Positions 61,721-64,000 of a DNA stretch of 64,000 bases are shown piece after piece. A model generated the notes under the pieces. That model was not told where the DNA came from. It did no database searches and saw nothing but the letters and a program-made list of their open reading frames with translations. The translations under genes and the position numbers were made by a program. The first letter of the stretch is position 1. Each line of letters opens with the position of its first letter. The DNA comes from Mustelus asterias (taxonomy: Eukaryota). The stretch is taken from contig NC_135813.1 in NCBI RefSeq assembly GCF_964213995.1, positions 99,262,001-99,326,000 of the forward strand, in the 5' to 3' direction.

Positions 61721-62816
61721 TTCTATTCTCACAGACAGCAAACCAGGAAGTTAAAAGTACTTTGTCCCCCACTTTTAAATTCCATTTTTCAGGTAGCAAG
61801 ATAAAAGATTGTGTGATTGTTTCAGAAGCTAAAATATCAATGATTTTCAAATTATTTTTTACAAAGTCATTAATGGATAAATTCCGCATTCTGAAATTAT
61901 AAAATGAGTTTCTGGGATACTGAGGGTGTTTAGCAGTGAATATGAAGTTAGAATGCTGTTAAAAGCCCAGCTGTACCTCATTCGACAAGGTGTAACCTGT
62001 TTCAAGGGTTTTTACTGTGGGACTGAGTTTAAAAGTGGCAACTTTCATTAGTTCATTAATTGTTTTGAGATTGGAGCCTGGGGTTGGTGATCTCAATCAC
62101 ACACCCTCTGGAGGAATGTAGAGTCACTGACAGTGACTTCTGGATTTCCGTGTTGTCCTGCGCATAGGTAGACCCCAGAAGTTGCTGTCAATTTCAATGG
62201 GGTAATGATGTTGAGCATTGGCAGTTTTGTGCTTGGAGTGTAAAGTTTGGACTGAGAGTGAATCAGTTCTTGGTTTCCATGTTCCTGCTAATAAGATATT
62301 TCACATTGTAGAAAGAGAAAGCTGTAATTAATTGGAATTAACTTGATTCTATGATCAATTTGCAGCCTGTGTGTGTTTTAATTGCATTGAAATGATGAAC
62401 ATGTTCCTCAACTGAGTAAACTGTGCCACCTCAGGACATAAGTGTGTATCATCAGGAGGCTCACGTTAGTCCAAGAATGTCATGGAAACCTTCATCTGAT
62501 GCACAGGGGGTGTTGCAGTGACATCATGGATACCACATTTATGTTGTCTAAATTAAAAGCAGAAAATGCTGGCAGTACTCGGCAGGTCAGGCAGCATCTG
62601 TGGAGAGAGAAACAGTTAACCTTTCAGGTCAATGACCTTCCATCAGAAGTCTTGCCCTGTCACACAAATGGGGATAGGTCACTGATTGTTTTGGTTAGGA
62701 ATGTTGTGTATTGTTAAGAGTGACATTAATGGTCCACAAACCAGGTTGCGAATCCACTTACATGAACAGTGCTATGAATGATGTAAATCAGAATGCATAA
62801 CTGTTCCTTTTGATAC

Positions 62817-63065
62817 GGGGTGGCGCGGTGGCACAGTGGTTTGCACATTCTCTCAGTCTCTGTGTGGGTTTCCTCCGGATGCTCCGGTTTCCTCCCACAC
62901 TCCAGAGATATGTGGGTTAGGTTAATTGGCGAAGCTAAATTGCCCCTTTAGTGTCAGGGGGACTAGCAGGTTAAATAAATGGGGTTACAGGGATGGGTGG
63001 AACTGTGGTCGGTGCAGACTCGATGGGCCAAATGGCCTCCTTCTGCACTGTAGGGATTCTATGAT
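62817..63065 (+). mobile_element. HE1-type V-SINE with an internal deletion
   Basis: Head fused directly to the V-core; CR1-type tail. Confidence 0.8.
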
Positions 63066-64000
63066 ACGTCTTGCAGGAAGGAGGTGACTAGCAAAAAGAG
63101 GTGAAATATTTTTGCATTTGGTTTGAAAAGAAAACCTCCTGCTTTTCTCCGACTCGACTTAAGATCAAGAGCTAGTTCTGAACAGCTTGGTTGGAGACTG
63201 ATTTGGCAGGCTTTAACCGTCTGCCATTCTTGACTTTTCTCACACACACCCCAACGCTTTTATCCCTTTCTGTTGGCCCACACAATGATTTTGCCATTGT
63301 ACCCGGCCCCGACTGGGATAAAGTGAGAAGCCAAGCATTTGATAGTGAATCAAGTTGCTGGATCAATGTTTAATTAATTAGGCGGGTTGAGCCAGGCCTT
63401 GTAGGCAGCGGAGTTTGTATGAAAGCTTCTCTCTGTCAGATTTGGGCAGTGCAACAAGTGCTCTTTGGACAGTGCGGTGCTTGATGCTCAGTGCTCCCAA
63501 TCGGATTAGTTCAAGTATTGTCTGGACAGAAACCAACAGTAAAAAGAAGTCCCTCTCGTGACTCACAAAACAACATACGATCTGTAGAACAGCTCAGCCT
63601 TGCAGCAGGCGAAGGCCCACACATAAGCATGCCTGGAATAGGCTCTCCTGCTTCACCGCTTGCACAAACAGTAGTGAAGTTCCAGTAGGTCTTAGCGTTG
63701 GCTTTTTAAAAAGACTCCTCCCGCCATCCCTACCAGGTTGAGGGGAGAAATCGATAGGTTCAGCTCCCGAGCTGCCGTGTGTTGCTGGGTGGATGCTGAG
63801 TGTGGGGCTCAGTCCCAAAGTTCTCCACTGCTGAATAATGCTCACTCTCAGCTGATCCGGGAGGAATCGGCTCGGTGTGAGAGGTGGGCGAGGGATTGGC
63901 GCAGTTTCAAGGGCTGGATGCTGGCTCTTTGCTGATGCCCCTGGCACTCTAATCCAGTTAAGTATCAGCAGCGAAAGCAGGTGATAAAATGGAGGAGTGG

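Overview
Eukaryotic vertebrate DNA, almost certainly from a shark or other cartilaginous fish (inferred from dense HE1/V-SINE, HER1/CR1, Penelope and Rex1-like repeats). Four genes are evident. (1) The last coding exon of an unidentified + strand gene (328-598). (2) A complete SRRD on the - strand: 7 coding exons, 11224 to 3033, 309 aa, mostly missed by the ORF track. (3) A complete TFIP11 on the + strand: a non-coding first exon and 12 coding exons, 14487-34399, 830 aa. (4) The promoter and first coding exon (MTANSKREK) of an unidentified + strand gene at ~44.3-44.7 kb, whose long repeat-rich first intron(s) fill the rest of the window. All SRRD and TFIP11 introns are GT-AG and phases join in frame. 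SRRD and TFIP11 are head-to-head on one ~350 bp CpG promoter, whereas in human they are tail-to-tail. Other notable features: Penelope-borne minimal hammerhead ribozyme motifs, two long inverted duplications, V-SINEs with two alternative 3' tails, SINE/LINE tail partnerships visible within the window, a G4-type intronic tandem array and a 1.6 kb minisatellite abutting a promoter. I see no strong evidence for a wholly new biological system; the findings are candidates. Repeat boundaries are approximate and were read by eye.
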